A DNA stretch of 64,000 bases, from positions 620,001-684,000 of the forward strand of contig CM022665.1 in assembly GCA_012295275.1 (NCBI GenBank). The letters run 5' to 3'. The notes under the pieces were generated by a model. The model was not told where the DNA came from. It was given only the letters and a program-made list of their open reading frames with translations, and made no database searches. Numbering within the stretch: position 1 is the first letter of the stretch; each line of letters opens with the position of its first letter. Positions 13,304-28,044 of this stretch are shown piece by piece. A program made the translations under genes and the position numbers. The stretch is from Chrysomallon squamiferum. Lineage: Eukaryota; Animalia; Mollusca.

Positions 13304-15559
13304 TCATTTATTCTCTTTATAGTATGCTAGTACCAGTTTTTCACATTAATTGTTCCTTAGGATCAATATCTACTCGTCTGCATGTTTTGCAGCGTAACCG
13401 ATAATTTGTAATTAATTTTTAATGATACCAATAGGAAACTGTAATCTTTTTAAAAAAAATGTTTACTACTACTACCAGTACAACTACTGTGTTGTCGTTA
13501 AGATTAAATTCACTCCTTTATCTGTTTTATCTATGTGTTTCTGTACATAAAACAAAGCTGTTAAATTACGTTTTTACATTTCAAATGTCTCTGTACATAA
13601 CAACAACAGCAATAATAATAATAATAATAATAATAAAAATACAATAAAAATAATTATTACATATTGTTCAAGAAAGATAAAATATGACACTTAATAATTA
13701 TTAATAAATGTGTTTTATTTATATAATTCTTTTTCTTCTTCTTCTGTCAGAATAACTTCATTTCAGAACTACGTCCTCAAACTAGTTAAAGCATTGTGTT
13801 ATTTATTTGTTGTTACCATTCAAGTCCTCACTTAAAAGGAAAAAGTTGTTTGGCACAAACCCGTGATTCAAACTGATGGAGAGAAACCCATCTATAGAAC
13901 AGCGGCAATTGATGACTCTAAGGGGTCGATTATCTCACTTTATGGATCATTAGCCCAATTTCAAAGCAGCTCTTCGTTTAATAGCCTAAACTGATGATTT
14001 CATTGCCAGAACGAGTTGCTGTCATTTTGATCGTTTTTGATGGCAGTTTCTGCCCTATGATAATGTTTGAACTTTTGACCATCATCAAAATGGAAAAAAA
14101 GACAAAGTGGTCTTCACCATCGTCTGTCCTTTCATTTCCACTCGAGTCAGGGTTGCACGCCACTTGCTCATTTTTAAAGTTTCACGGTGTAAAGCAAGAA
14201 TGACAAGCGAGGATGGATCGGCCTCTATAAGATGTTGCCAACAGTCCGAAGCTAGGAGGACAGTAGTGGATGGTCGGCACGCAACGGTCGCCTCTTGCCG
14301 TCTCGGGCGTTGCCTTACACGCAAAGAATGCGTCCATCACACGGACAGTTTACACCTAAGCAGACAAGAAACTCTAAATCGCCTCAAACGAAGAAGACAA
14401 GTCATAAAACTAATGCGTGGAAGTTAAAATGAGCAACGTTTATTGTTCCCTACGGTGGAACCAAATTTCTCTTCTAATGATTTAGACCACCAGAGGCCCT
14501 GCGTGGAATAACGCCAAATAACGAAGCGTTGTATATTGCCAGCGGCTGTTGCCTTTCATTGTAAGATCTCTTTAAATCTTCATGGAAATTTGACAAATGA
14601 TCTAATGAGAAAGACAGAACCAATATGTTTCCTAGTTTTTTTTCATGGAATACACAATCAGCTGCCCAAGTCTGCCTGTCGCCAGCTCAATAAAATGGTT
14701 CCGTTTTGGGTATTTTCCTGGAATCATCTAGTCTTCAGACGAAACAGAATAAAAATGAGAAGAAGAAAGTTTTATTAAATTTTTTATAATAATATTATGT
14801 CAACCATAAGCTGTTTTTTTTCTTTTTCTTTTTTTAAGAATGCTGGTCACTAATTTCTAAATGTGTAATTTGTTTATAAATAATAGCTGCCATGTTGAGA
14901 TTAATAACTAACGGGTGAATTAGTAGGTTGTGTATAAAAATGAGGAATAAGACTAGTCACCCACATACAGTATACAGGATTTCTTATAATTATGATTGTA
15001 CATTATAAACGCTGTGTTGTTTTTTTTGTTTTCTTTCAAAAAATAACTAAATAAATAAACATTATTACTACAACAATTCTCCCACTACGTGTCGCTTGTT
15101 TTCCAATGTTTTAACGAAGCCGGGCCCAGCTTTTTAAACATGTCAGCAATGTTTGGTTTCCCGCCTGACATGACAGTCTAGGTAATTACCTCCATAATAA
15201 CGTTTGCTCATCTTATTAGTTGAGCTGAGCAAATGTCACGTGCTCGCCATTGTTAGCTCTTTGAATGGTATACATAAGCATCTGGTTTCGATGACAGGCT
15301 TTTATTCCTTGAGTGTTTCGCATGTGTTCACAACTCTCAAACTCTTACAAACACTCAGATGTGTTTCTCATTCTGAACGGTATTATCGTGTCATCGCTTA
15401 ATATGAGGGACATAATAAAATCATATGTTTTGTTAAATCTTAAAACGACTAATTGTTTTGAGTGTTTATCCCTAAAGAACATGTCAGCTTTTTAAATAAA
15501 GAAATAAATCACAGTAGCAAAGTCATTAGACGAAAAAGAAATAAAGATAATAAAAAAAA

Positions 15560-15587
15560 AATAATAATAATAATAATAATAATAATA

Positions 15588-15623
<36 letters not shown>

Positions 15624-15680
15624 GCAATAATATTAGTTATTGTTGTTGTTGTTTATTTATTTAATTATTTATCTATTTAC

Positions 15681-15763
<83 letters not shown>

Positions 15764-15776
15764 TCTATCTATCTAT

Positions 15777-15807
<31 letters not shown>

Positions 15808-15810
15808 TTT
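15560..15810. repeat. (AAT)n(ATT)n palindrome followed by (TTTA)n
   Basis: Direct reading. Confidence 0.95.
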
Positions 15811-17857
15811 CGGGATGCCTGGGCCTATTTTGAGGATAATCAAATGAAAGGATAAAATTATTTATTTTAAAAATATTTTGTTATTGGTGATATTGTTCAC
15901 CAGCCTTCTAATGTTTTTTATTTTATTTATTTAATTTATTTTTTTATTTTTTAATTATATATATATATATATATTTTTGGTTCAGCCTCTTTGTTTAATT
16001 TCAATGCACTATTAAAAAACAGATGGATTTTAAATAATTTATTTACCTTTCAAAAAAAGATACTTTTTCTAAAAGTCACTTAAGTAAATAATAAAAACAA
16101 GAACAATAAAGAGTATGATTTACATAAGTGAATCTTATAATAAGATGTAGCTATATAGTAATTAATAATGAAATATTATTGTCAATGATCATATTGTTTA
16201 CAAAACAGCAGAACCAAAATTATATGTGATAATAAACAATTATCTCCACATAAACACTGCAATGTAGCCTTTATAGACTTCACTAAAGTCAAAACTGGAA
16301 TGAAATTTATATAATTTAAAGCCCAGTTGCTCCTTAATTGGTCAGTGTGCATTTCCATTGAATCGACCTAATCTGTTTATATTGTGACCACATGTCTGTT
16401 AGAAAAGCGCCATTGTGATGGTGATATTTCTCTCCAGTGACCAGTCGGCATGTCACTTTTCAAGTCACTTTCAATAAGCTCGCACTCACTGTGAAGAACA
16501 ACGCTGGCGATCGATGAAATTGAAACTAGCGAAAACTTAGCGCCTCGTCCATTCACCCGATTGATACATGTCGACGAATTGGACTGAAATGGCCAATTTT
16601 ACACACTTCATCTCGAATATAAACGTTTTATGGAGACCGTTTCATTTTGTGCTTTATTGTGATAAGTGAAGAAAACCCACAGCTCCTCCGAACAACCAAC
16701 CACCAAATCAACGAGCAGGAGAAAGATTCTTTTTTTTTATTTTTCAAAATGGCGAAAATTATTCAAAATCCAAAAGGCTTTGAAATTAATTTAATATTTA
16801 AATTGTAATTTGTTTTCATAAATTTTGTTATTATTTATTTATTACAATTATTTAAAATTTTATTTTGTTATTAAAAGCTAAAGATAATAAGAATGTTTCC
16901 AAGACAAATTATAACTGAATTTGTGTTTATTTGTTTGTTTGTTTCTCAAGTGATTATTAATTTCTAGTATGTTTGTGACAATATTATTTTAATTTTGTTT
17001 AACGATAGATGAAGACATTTTAATATTATAATAAACGACAACATATATATTTCCCAAATGACGATTATGGCCAGTAAAGTTCAAATCACGGTATTTGATA
17101 AACCAGTCATAGTGAACTTACTCAGTATTTGGACATCAAAAAAAAAAAAAAAAAAAAAGTTTTTCTTTTTTTCTGGATAAACTGAGCTATGGTCATAGCA
17201 AACTGTGAAATCTACACACAAAGGACAGTACACTATGCTTGCCTACTCACTGATGTTTGCAATGATATTTATAATCACTGAAAGAACTTCACGAAGTACG
17301 TATACATGGCAAGAGTGCTATTTATTAACATAACTTAAAACTCACACAGCATCTTGAGTAACTTGGATTACAGGACAGATATTTGGATGCAAGATAAGGT
17401 ATAAATGCATCATGAAATGGAAACCTTACAACTGTTTGTACCGAACATTCAAACGAATCAACATTTTTACTAGTAACATGTCAGTCATTTGATGAATGTT
17501 CACAGTTCTAGAAGTTCGATCATGAATGCTAGTGTTGAAGCAGAATTAGCTAAGTTGATTTCCCCAAGATAACATTTACACTGTAAAACAAGATTTAAAA
17601 GATTTAAAATCTTCAAATTTTATTATTCTGTGAGAAAGTTATGATTAAATCAAAGCCTGTAAAGAAAAACAATTTACTGCCACCTACAAGCAAAGAGTCC
17701 ACTTTGACAGTTGGTGAGAGGAAGAGGATTTGTTCTCACTGCCCCAGCTAGAGCCACTGTTTAAAATCAAATCATACAGGACTGAAAACAGAACAGATGC
17801 GACTGAAACATAACTACAAGTTTTACTTCGCTCTTGTAGTGTGGGCAGATGTACCAA

Positions 17858-17894
<37 letters not shown>

Positions 17895-19763
17895 AAAAAA
17901 TGTATATAATATAATCATTTTGAAAAAGTGGATTGATACATGACTGTAACTAAAATGTGGATTTGAAATATTTATGTTAACGTTTTATTCATCATTGATT
18001 CAAAGCATCCTACACTAAATAAATTAACGTGGACTAGTTACCTCTGGAATCAGTTGCATTGTTAGCAGTCTATTTTATGAAGACTCTTGTTTCAGTGTTC
18101 TTTTTTCAATGTCTTTCCAAACAAATATTGTAAAACCCGATTCACGAGGATGGAAAACGTAATAAGACAGCCCAATTATACATTCGTCTTTTCTGAATGC
18201 AAATATTACAGGCTACATATACTCATAATTCTGTGACTATTATCTTGGGTTTTCTCCATTATCAGTTATTTCTCTAGCGAAAACTCCCTAAACAGGCGTA
18301 AAATATTATAACAGCTGGATCAGATGAATGATATAATGTGTGTATATTTTCTTTTTTTGTAATATTTATCCCCATTTCAAAGATATTTATATCTATCGCC
18401 TTTTTCTTTATGTTGTTTAATTTGTCTGGATTAAAATTTGTATCGAAGACGAAAATAAAACTGCTTGAGTAACAAAACATTAAATTTTTCATTAGCCTCG
18501 GATCTTTGGTGATGAACTGAAGATAATATAATAACTGCACATTCTACAGTTATGTGTAAAAGAAATAAATATGACACATCAACAAATTAATAAAATTAGT
18601 TCCGTGTCATATGTGGTTCAATCGCAGCTAAAGGGAAATAACCTCTGTTCAAAATGTACATTAAAAAACTTTTAAATCATTCCGGCAAATTGATCTTTCA
18701 AGATTGGCTCCACCATGCGCCCTTTAAGATAAAATCGATTGCCGAGAGGGGATCACCCAGGTATCAAAGCTTAGACGTCAATCATGACAAGCTCATTTGC
18801 CCTTTGACCCGAATTTCAGTATACTGTGGCAGACCAATAATGGTGGCAAATTTTATTTGTTCTGCGCAGCGGCCATCTGCTTCTGTCCCGATACCACAAT
18901 TTTTGAGTGCTTTATCTTGGATTAGGTTGGTCTCTTGAGGTAATTTCTTCTTCTGATGCCGTGTATCCTTGATCGGAAAATTATCCTTCTGAAGGCCTTA
19001 TCAATAGCGCTAGCTAAAGACATTTGCCTCGTTTTGGTCCCCACATCGTGAGAGATCCGAGCAGACGTCAAAATGACAAATTGATTGAAAGTCAGACGAC
19101 AAGAGAGGCTAGTGGCGCAGGCGTCAAGATCCATGGGGATTTGCCCAACACGATCGTGTAGTTTCAATGCTAACAAGCAGGGGTTTGGCAAGAAATTAAT
19201 ATGTCTTGTGACGGAGACCTTCTCTGGAAAATGTCAGAAAATATAATGGGCGATTTGACAGATATTGTCAGCAGCAATGTGAAAAACTTAGACAAAAGCG
19301 GATACGAAGACGGCTTTCTGCTGTTTGCGGAGACTCAGTGGGCATATTTTGGTATCTTCGACGCCATGGGTTTCCGATACCTAGGGACCAGTTTTTCCTA
19401 ATTTACGGATCTCCACACTCTAATACGTATTCAGTCAGGCGCCTGCGGGAGTCGCTGCACGTGCATTCGCATAGTTTCCCAGATAAAACAAATTAGACAA
19501 ATCAAAGTTCTTTTTGTGAAAATCGCTTGTCCATCTGTTCTTGTGTACAGATCCTTGTTGAGAACCTATGAAAACATCTCGAGTTTTGAGTTATACCAAT
19601 AAATGTGTTTTATATCAGAGACACAAAAACTGCATCAAGTACATCAAGATATAATTTTCAAAACTTGAAATAAGCAAGAAAGCAAAAACATAAAATAATA
19701 CCGTTTTTCCCCTCTGTTTATTGTTTAGAATTATTTAAGGTTTTTTAAATTAATTCATAATAA

Positions 19764-19797
<34 letters not shown>

Positions 19798-20247
19798 AAT
19801 AATAATAATAAAATGGAACTAAATTAGTACAATTTTCATTAAAAACCAAAAACCAACAAATAAAAAACCCAAACGTTACCAAACAAAACCAACAAAATAA
19901 ATAAATAAATAAATAAATAGATTAGACGATAACATTCAGTGTGGTACGAATTATCACACACACACACACACACACACAAACACAAACGCACACGCACACG
20001 CTCACACACACATTAAGCTGTAATATATTGCTTCAAAGTGACACGTATCTAACACCAAATCACTGGATAAACTGTGTGTATGAAATATTATGTTTAGCCA
20101 AATACTTTTAACAGATAATTATTAATAAGAATGAATAGGGAGACTATATATAAAATGTTCTGGATATAGATTTAAAAATAAGATAAACAATAATTTAAGT
20201 TATAATGTTTTAAAATAATAACAATAAAAAAGAACAAGTAGAAAAAG

Positions 20248-20249
<2 letters not shown>

Positions 20250-20317
<68 letters not shown>

Positions 20318-20328
20318 TCAACAACAAT
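20250..20328. repeat. (AAT)n(AAC)n compound microsatellite
   Basis: Direct reading. Confidence 0.9.
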
Positions 20329-21089
20329 AAATATTAAAATAAAATAATCAGGTACAATGAAATAAAGACAAAATGTTTTGAAAGAGCAGACAACTATAAA
20401 AAAATACTGATAGTGTACATCGAACGCACTAGTGTATTCAGCTTTCCATTGCTTTGATGTTCTTGGATTCGAGTCACAATGTTAATCTGGTATACGAGAC
20501 ACATCTGTATTTAGGACGTACGTTTACGAAAAAAAAAAAAAAAAAAAAACTGTATGGGATGGAGTCTCACATACCTGAAAATTTGTTCCTGAGTAAATAA
20601 ACTGAACAAAATGCAGTTCATTTAGTTTACATTCCGAAGGTCAAACAGTTTACACAACAACATCTGGTTTGTATGAGGCAAAATGCTAATTAGTATCGAT
20701 ATTTCAGGACATTAAAAAAGAGTATATATATATATATACATATATAGCATGGTTCTGTGAAAAAAATGTTCGTTGGTAGGTTTACTGACAGCGTAAAACT
20801 GTCAAATGCAAACTAGTATTTACGTTGACAGTTAAATTTTACATCTGCCTTTAACTTGTTAAATTAAAAATATTATTATTGTTGTCGTTATTATTTATTT
20901 ATTTATTTATTTATGTATTTTTAAATTGAATTTAAAATAATTAAGATGTTATGTTTAGATAATTTTTAAAGACTATTAAAATATATATAGCATCGTCTAT
21001 TTTTAAAGGTATATTCCACAAACCAAAGTCGAAAAAAAAAAGAAAAAAAAAAAACAATAATAATAATAATAATAATATCTGATGAAAAA

Positions 21090-21128
<39 letters not shown>

Positions 21129-21667
21129 ACCCAGATCTTAGCTTAATCACTTTATATCTTGGTATTCTTTTTTAAGACATTAGCAAACAAACAAATCCCA
21201 GCAAGTATTGTCTGAGGAAACAAATCCGGCAACTTCTAATGTTTCTTTAAGCTGATCTAAAGTAAACAAGCCTTGTGAAATCTATCTCAAACTGTTTTTT
21301 TTTTCTAAGTCTATAGTATCTCCTTCATAAACAGTGTCGATAACATTCAAATGCGAGGAAGAATTTGTATTTGTTAGTAGTAGTAGTAATATATATATAT
21401 ATATATTTTTTTCGTTTGCTTGTTGACTACACGTAGTGACTATGAATGATAGTTTTCTCTCGAGAGTTGTTGAAGTTGTAGTTGTAGTTGTAGTCTCTCT
21501 CAGCTGTTGTAGGTTTATGCAGTTTCAGATGATGTGTTCAGTCTTCTCTTCTGCTTCTCCACAGGAGCACATGGAAGATCATACCAGCCAAAATATCTTA
21601 TACATAGGCTGGTTCAGCCCGTTGTGTCCAGCAGTATTAAAGTTCATGAAATGAAATGAAAGTAGAA

Positions 21668-21686
21668 ATTATTATTATTATTATTA

Positions 21687-21739
<53 letters not shown>
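21668..21739. repeat. (ATT)n microsatellite
   Basis: Direct reading. Confidence 0.95.
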
Positions 21740-21741
<2 letters not shown>

Positions 21742-22369
21742 TAACGAAGTCTGTTTTAATTTTCCTCTCCTTGTTTTAATAGTTATGTATTGGTTCGACA
21801 TTGTCTATAATTGTGCTCTATTTTAAACATATTTGCTTTGTAAATAAAATCAAAAACAAAATACGGCCTAAAATATTATCAAAAAACTTGATATGTAATC
21901 TGTGAAATTTACATTTCTCATTATCGTTGTATTACAAGGATATATTTATATTACTAGGAAAATGGAGATTAAGAAAAAAGAAGCGGTCATCCGGATGTGC
22001 AGAGTCGGGTGCATTGGGAAGGAGAGATTAACGTGATCAGACTGGAGGTATCAGCCCGAGTTACAAATAAAGTAAACAGAAACTGAATGACAAAAGTCTC
22101 AGTAAAACCATTGTTCACTTGACGAAAAGCAGGTGTTAGTAAAACCACACCGGAACAACAAACAAAACACTTAAAACGAGATATTGCAAAAACACCATGT
22201 CTAACCTGTGTAAAACATTACATAAATTACGTCACTACCTTTGTAAAATCCGTGGGCGGCGCATCGCAGTTTGGTGCAAAGCAATATATTTGCGCCTAAG
22301 ACTTTTTTGGACAGTGTCTGACACTTTTCTTTCGTGTTTTAATTTTTTATTTTTTTTTTTTTTTTTTTT

Positions 22370-22401
<32 letters not shown>

Positions 22402-22680
22402 CATCTTGTTTTACAGCAGTCTTCATTTCAACAAAAGACAACCAATCAAACAACGGTAATTGCCAGACCGGAAGCTTCTTTACTAGTGACAAGTTGAGCG
22501 AGTTAGCAGCGTGTGAAGTTGACTGGGGAAGCGTTACCTGCAGTTCCCACACAGCCGGGTCGTCACTAACATATTTACTTAAGGTGAATCATTTTAATTA
22601 CCAGCACTTACCTAAATTACTTTTTAACTGATAACCCCAAAACAGACAACAACAGCAAAATGTAATTAAATTAAATAATG

Positions 22681-22719
<39 letters not shown>

Positions 22720-22782
22720 ATAAGTTTAATATTCATGATTTATTCTAATTTTCATTTTTTAATTTGGTTTCCTTATTATTAC

Positions 22783-22829
<47 letters not shown>

Positions 22830-22924
22830 TTATTTATTATAGCTGGAGAAGTGAACTTGTTATTTACTCTGAATAAGGTAGATTCTTGAACGTTTATGTT
22901 AGATTTATTTATTTATTTATTTAC

Positions 22925-22956
<32 letters not shown>

Positions 22957-25900
22957 TAGTTTTTATTTATTTATTTTAATTTACTGACAATTTTTTATTT
23001 TAATTTACTGACAATTTTTTATTTTAATTTAAAATAATGTCAAAAGTCAGTTACCGCATAACAAAAAGAAACATTTTAATTCAAAACAACAAAATACTAA
23101 CTTTATTTGACTGAAGTAAGTAAACTTTTATTGTACTTTTTTTTTTTTTTTTTATTAATATTATTATTTATTTTATTTTTTTTTTTTTTTGTTAAAAAAG
23201 TAAATGAATGAATGAATAAATGAATAAATAAATAAATAAATAAATAAATAAATATGACGAAAAGGAAGAAAAAGATATCGAACTTATTATATTAGACGAA
23301 TGTTTTGTTCGTACAAAAATAAATGTAAGTTACTTGTAACTTTGGAAGTCAACATTGTAATAAACAGATCTGTGAATCAGTTTTGTAAAATGGTCGACCA
23401 TAAACATTTCATTACGTTATAGGGGTCAATTTCAAGTACAAATTATATATTTTAAAAAGTTTATTGCTTTGAAAGAATCATATTCATATACGAACACAGT
23501 GCTGCATTAGCATATAAATTGACATCAAAATTGGACATATGAATTTCAGTCGATAAAGAGATATATTTTATGCAACAGATTATTGCAATGTTGTGTAGTC
23601 TAATGTTGGTGTTGTTTTTTAAATGTGTGTGGGGGAAGGGGTGTGTCCTTCGTAATGATTTATCAAAACAGTTTATTTCTTCTTTGTTGTAAGATTCTTC
23701 TTACTTAACATTCAATAATCAAACAGTGAATCGTTTTATTATGTAAAATAGCTGTCATGTTTATTAAAGTGATAGGAAGGGCTTGTATGTATCAGTGTTA
23801 ATAAGTATATATAATGTGCACATATATGTATGTGTGTGTACATATTTTTATTTTACATGATTTGTTGACAGTCAGATGAAGTTAACATTCACTGTCACAT
23901 TTGACAGACAGGTTTTTGTAATTCTCTGCCTCAAGTTGTAGACGCTGTAAATTTATTATCTGACTCCACAGTGAGTTTTATTTCAGTCGTCTAATAGTTA
24001 AACATTTTCATCTAATCCATAACTTTTTTTTTTTTTTTTCCAGCTAATGCACATATTACTTAATGTTTTAAAATTTGAAAATAATACTGTATTAATAATA
24101 ATGACTTATATTCCACAGGCTTGCTGAATCCACATTGTCGCCAATATTTCTAATAGAATTCATCAGTAGACTTCGTAATGTTCTCCAGGCAGACTCCAAA
24201 TTAAAATGATTTCACCTAATTAGGTAAAATGAAGATCTAGTTCGCCATCTTCAACATACATATAGCTGTACCTTGAAAGAAAATGACAAAGGATATTAAA
24301 ATATTTTAGATGTTTGTGATGCATCGGAAGTGTATATAATGAAACCGGATAGAACAGAAGCAGTTTACATCAGTGAATTAAACATCAGTTTTTACAAAAC
24401 TGCGTATATATTTGTTTGTTGTTTCTTTGGCGTTTTATCTTTTTGTGTTATTTCTTTCTTTTTTCTTTTGTTTTCTATCTTTCATTTTTTTTTTCTTTTT
24501 TTACTTTTAACAAAAATAAATTTAGTTCAATTATTTAAGTACTTTGTTTTTTAAATACATTTTGTCTTATAAAAGTAAAGTAAAAACACACCTGTAAAAT
24601 TAATGCTGATCAAGATGAATGTCACTCGTTCGATGTTTACAGAAAAACACAAAATGTATTTATAAATGTTATATAGAGAGAGAACAAATATGTATTCCTA
24701 TACGTGAAACTCTTCAATTTAAAAATAAATATTAGTGTTCCAAAAAGATATCTATCAGCACCTTATAAATCTCATGTTAATTTTCACTTGATTACTCAGC
24801 TCGGTGTAGTTCTTCCTTTTTGTATTATTCTTTGTGCTGCTTCAAATAACAAATGAAATAAAGTTGTCTCGTTTCAGCGTGTTCTTGTAGTCCAGTCGAC
24901 TTCACTGTAAATATAAATATACAACAACATTATTCATTTAGAGCATTTTTTAAATGAATTGTTGAAAGTTATATTTTTGTTCTCTTGGTTACTCTGATGC
25001 AAGAGTAACTATCTAGCTAAGGAAACAAATAAATAAAAGTTAAATATATCGAATCTTTTTTTTTTTTTTTTTTTTAGTATTTAACATCATGGATTCTGAC
25101 ACAGAAGTATTGTGTTTCCCAAACCAAGTTTTATTTTGTGTTAATAAATATGCATTAATACGTACATTGTTGATATCAGGGTATACTCGGAAGTGCCCAG
25201 TCACGAATCAAACATATAACGTAGCACAGTAACAAATCGATAACATTCACAACGTGCCACAGAAAAAAAAAAAAAAAATTTCTCTGCAACGTTAAAACGT
25301 ATGCACAATGGAAAAATTATTGTTTAAACACACAACTATCCAGGGCCTTGGCGTTGTCAAATCAGATTCTTCTGTTTACACTGCCGAGCTGAGGCGCTAG
25401 TTTCTGAGTTCCTCATTCTGTCATTCAATACCGTTTAACAATCTTTCTCACCTTTTTAATCACCGCGATTCGTTTGTCAACAGACATGCACGCGCACCCA
25501 TTAAGACTGTCGTGGAGACACTGCCTCTGCCTTTATGCCACCGCACACGCGTGCGTGACGGCGCATTTCTACCTCCAGTTAAGAAGAGTTCCCGTGATCG
25601 CAGAAAATTATTTCTGTCCCTCAGGGTGTGTGCTATCAGGATTGCATGCAGTGATATCAAATTCGTAGAGAACACATCCATATTGTCTACTGAAGATAAT
25701 TTGGAAATGGTTCGATTCTGTATGATGGTCTGATACTTTAATTCTCTTTGACTGACGGAAAGACAAGAAAAGTGGATCTATAAAGAAGAGAGCCCAGTCA
25801 TTCAGCTCTGCTCCGAGCACGATTTTGGCCGGATCAGAAGTTAGTCTCAATTCTGATCGTTTCCCATCAAGCACGTTCGTGGGAAGTATTCTGTTGACAG

Positions 25901-25997
25901 ACGGGAGAAAAATCAATGGAATATGTTTTGAGAGAAATTAACTGAAAATTGTCTCTTGTTGGCTTATTACGGGGAGCATTTTTATGTTTATTGTACA

Positions 25998-26028
<31 letters not shown>

Positions 26029-27002
26029 ATTCATTCAAAATTGTATTTACACTATCTTCATGAGACTTTTGTTTGGATTTTTTTTTTTATGATTATTTTT
26101 TTTTTTTTTTTATCTAATTTTTAAACTATTTTATTACTTCTACATACTGTTGTTGTTGTTATGATTAAAACAAGGAAATAATAATAATAACAATAGCAGT
26201 AGTAATAATAATTGTAATAATAATAATATAATAATAACAACAACAACAATTCTATAATGATTCTGTAATAACTGCGCTCGACATTAAAACGAGACTCAAA
26301 CCATATTTAAATCATTAAGCTATGTTGATATCTGTCAAATGATAATTTATTAAACTTCAAGTTTTGTTATTGCTGCAACTATTCCAAAAAACAGTAAAAA
26401 CAGCATTTCTTAAAAGGAAATCTTATAATGGTCATCAACCACAAAAATAAAATAGTATCTGACTTTGTTTTTGTTGATCATTTTCTAACTCTTAGCATTT
26501 AAATGTGTACATTATACGTTAATTATTAATAACATTTACAAAATTAGTATTCATTAATGTATTGCTATATTGATAAACAAATTCTGATATTTTTTTTCGA
26601 CGATTATATAGTTACTTTTTTCTTTCTTTTTATTTATTTATTTACTTTATTTTATTTTTTTCTTTCTTCTCTTTCTTCTTATTTATTTATTTATTTATAT
26701 ATTTATTTATATTATATTTATTTTTATTTTTTTCTCGATATACTACAACGGATTAATATTAGTATTAAAATATTCCCTCAAAAAAACTAATGTTCAAATT
26801 GGAGACGTTGTAGGGGAGCTAACTCTTCATTCGTACTTAGTATTATTTTGTTATGCTGTATAATCGAAGATGAAAAATATCGTATTAAATTCATTCATTA
26901 TTAATTTGTTAATTATATTTTTGTCTGAAGGGTGAGTTGTCGAGATATTGAATATAGTGGACAGTTTATCATCTATTCACCATCATACATTGACTATACC
27001 GA

Positions 27003-27006
<4 letters not shown>

Positions 27007-27095
<89 letters not shown>
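27007..27095. repeat. (GA)n microsatellite
   Basis: Direct reading. Explains the poly-ER ORF. Confidence 0.95.
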
Positions 27096-27097
<2 letters not shown>

Positions 27098-27982
27098 CAT
27101 TTAATACAAAATTAAAAACAAAAATAAAATAGGGAGAGAGGGACAGGGAGTGAGAGAGTGAAATAAATTGAAATTCATCAAGAAAATCGAAGCCGTGCAT
27201 CTCGATAAATATTGTGATTTCCAAACAGATCTTTAAAAATATTGTGAGACAAAACCAGTCGATGAACCAAAGCAGGACATTCTCTCGCTGTGTTACAAGA
27301 AAAAACAAGGCAGCCTCACACACTACCCCAAATATTCCAGTGTAATTGAGAATGACTGCATCAACAGGACTAAAATAATAACTAGATTTTTTTACCTATC
27401 GATCCTCGCTGTGTACGTAATGCACTTCGTTTTGATGTTTGACACCAGATGTTTACACATCGAACATGCAGGGTCAGTTAGTTGAATCTCCTGAGATTTT
27501 TTAACAAGGACGCTGTAAATATCAGGTTCATACTACGGGTCACTCACGACAAACGGATAAATGCAAACTGAATGAAACAGACAGACAGACAGACAGATAG
27601 ATAAAGAAAAAGACAAAGAAAACGAATGAAAGAAAGAAAGGGAATCATTAAAATAATAATTTTAAATGATATTATTTGGAAGTATGTATGCATGCTTTCT
27701 CAGTTGTAAAAGTAGCTAGGAATTTTAATAATAAAAATAAAACTAACATAAGTAGTTTATTGTTGTTTTTGTAACCAGTAAGTACTTTACACTCCTACAG
27801 TCGATAGCTTCTACTGCGCCCTCTAATTTATTTTATTTTACTGCACCTTCCATTTTTACAACAGAATTAGTCTTTTTTTCAGTTTATTGTATAAAAAACT
27901 GGAATAATTATCAAAAATAAATAAATAAATAAATAATATGTTATTTACAACAAATACACAAATAAAATTATGATACTCTAAC

Positions 27983-28010
27983 ATTATCATCATCATCATC
28001 ATCATCATCA

Positions 28011-28043
<33 letters not shown>
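27983..28043. repeat. (ATC)n(ATT)n compound microsatellite
   Basis: Direct reading. Confidence 0.9.

Positions 28044-28044
<1 letters not shown>

Noticed and set aside
3080-16633. Recurrent TTTATGG (Cdx/posterior Hox-like) sites at 3080, 8555, 10886, 13939, 16627
   Set aside because: The count is about what base composition predicts over 30 kb, so it is not evidence on its own.
22970-23030. 24-nt tandem duplication TATTTTAATTTACTGACAATTTTT
   Set aside because: Ordinary slippage duplication in AT-rich DNA.
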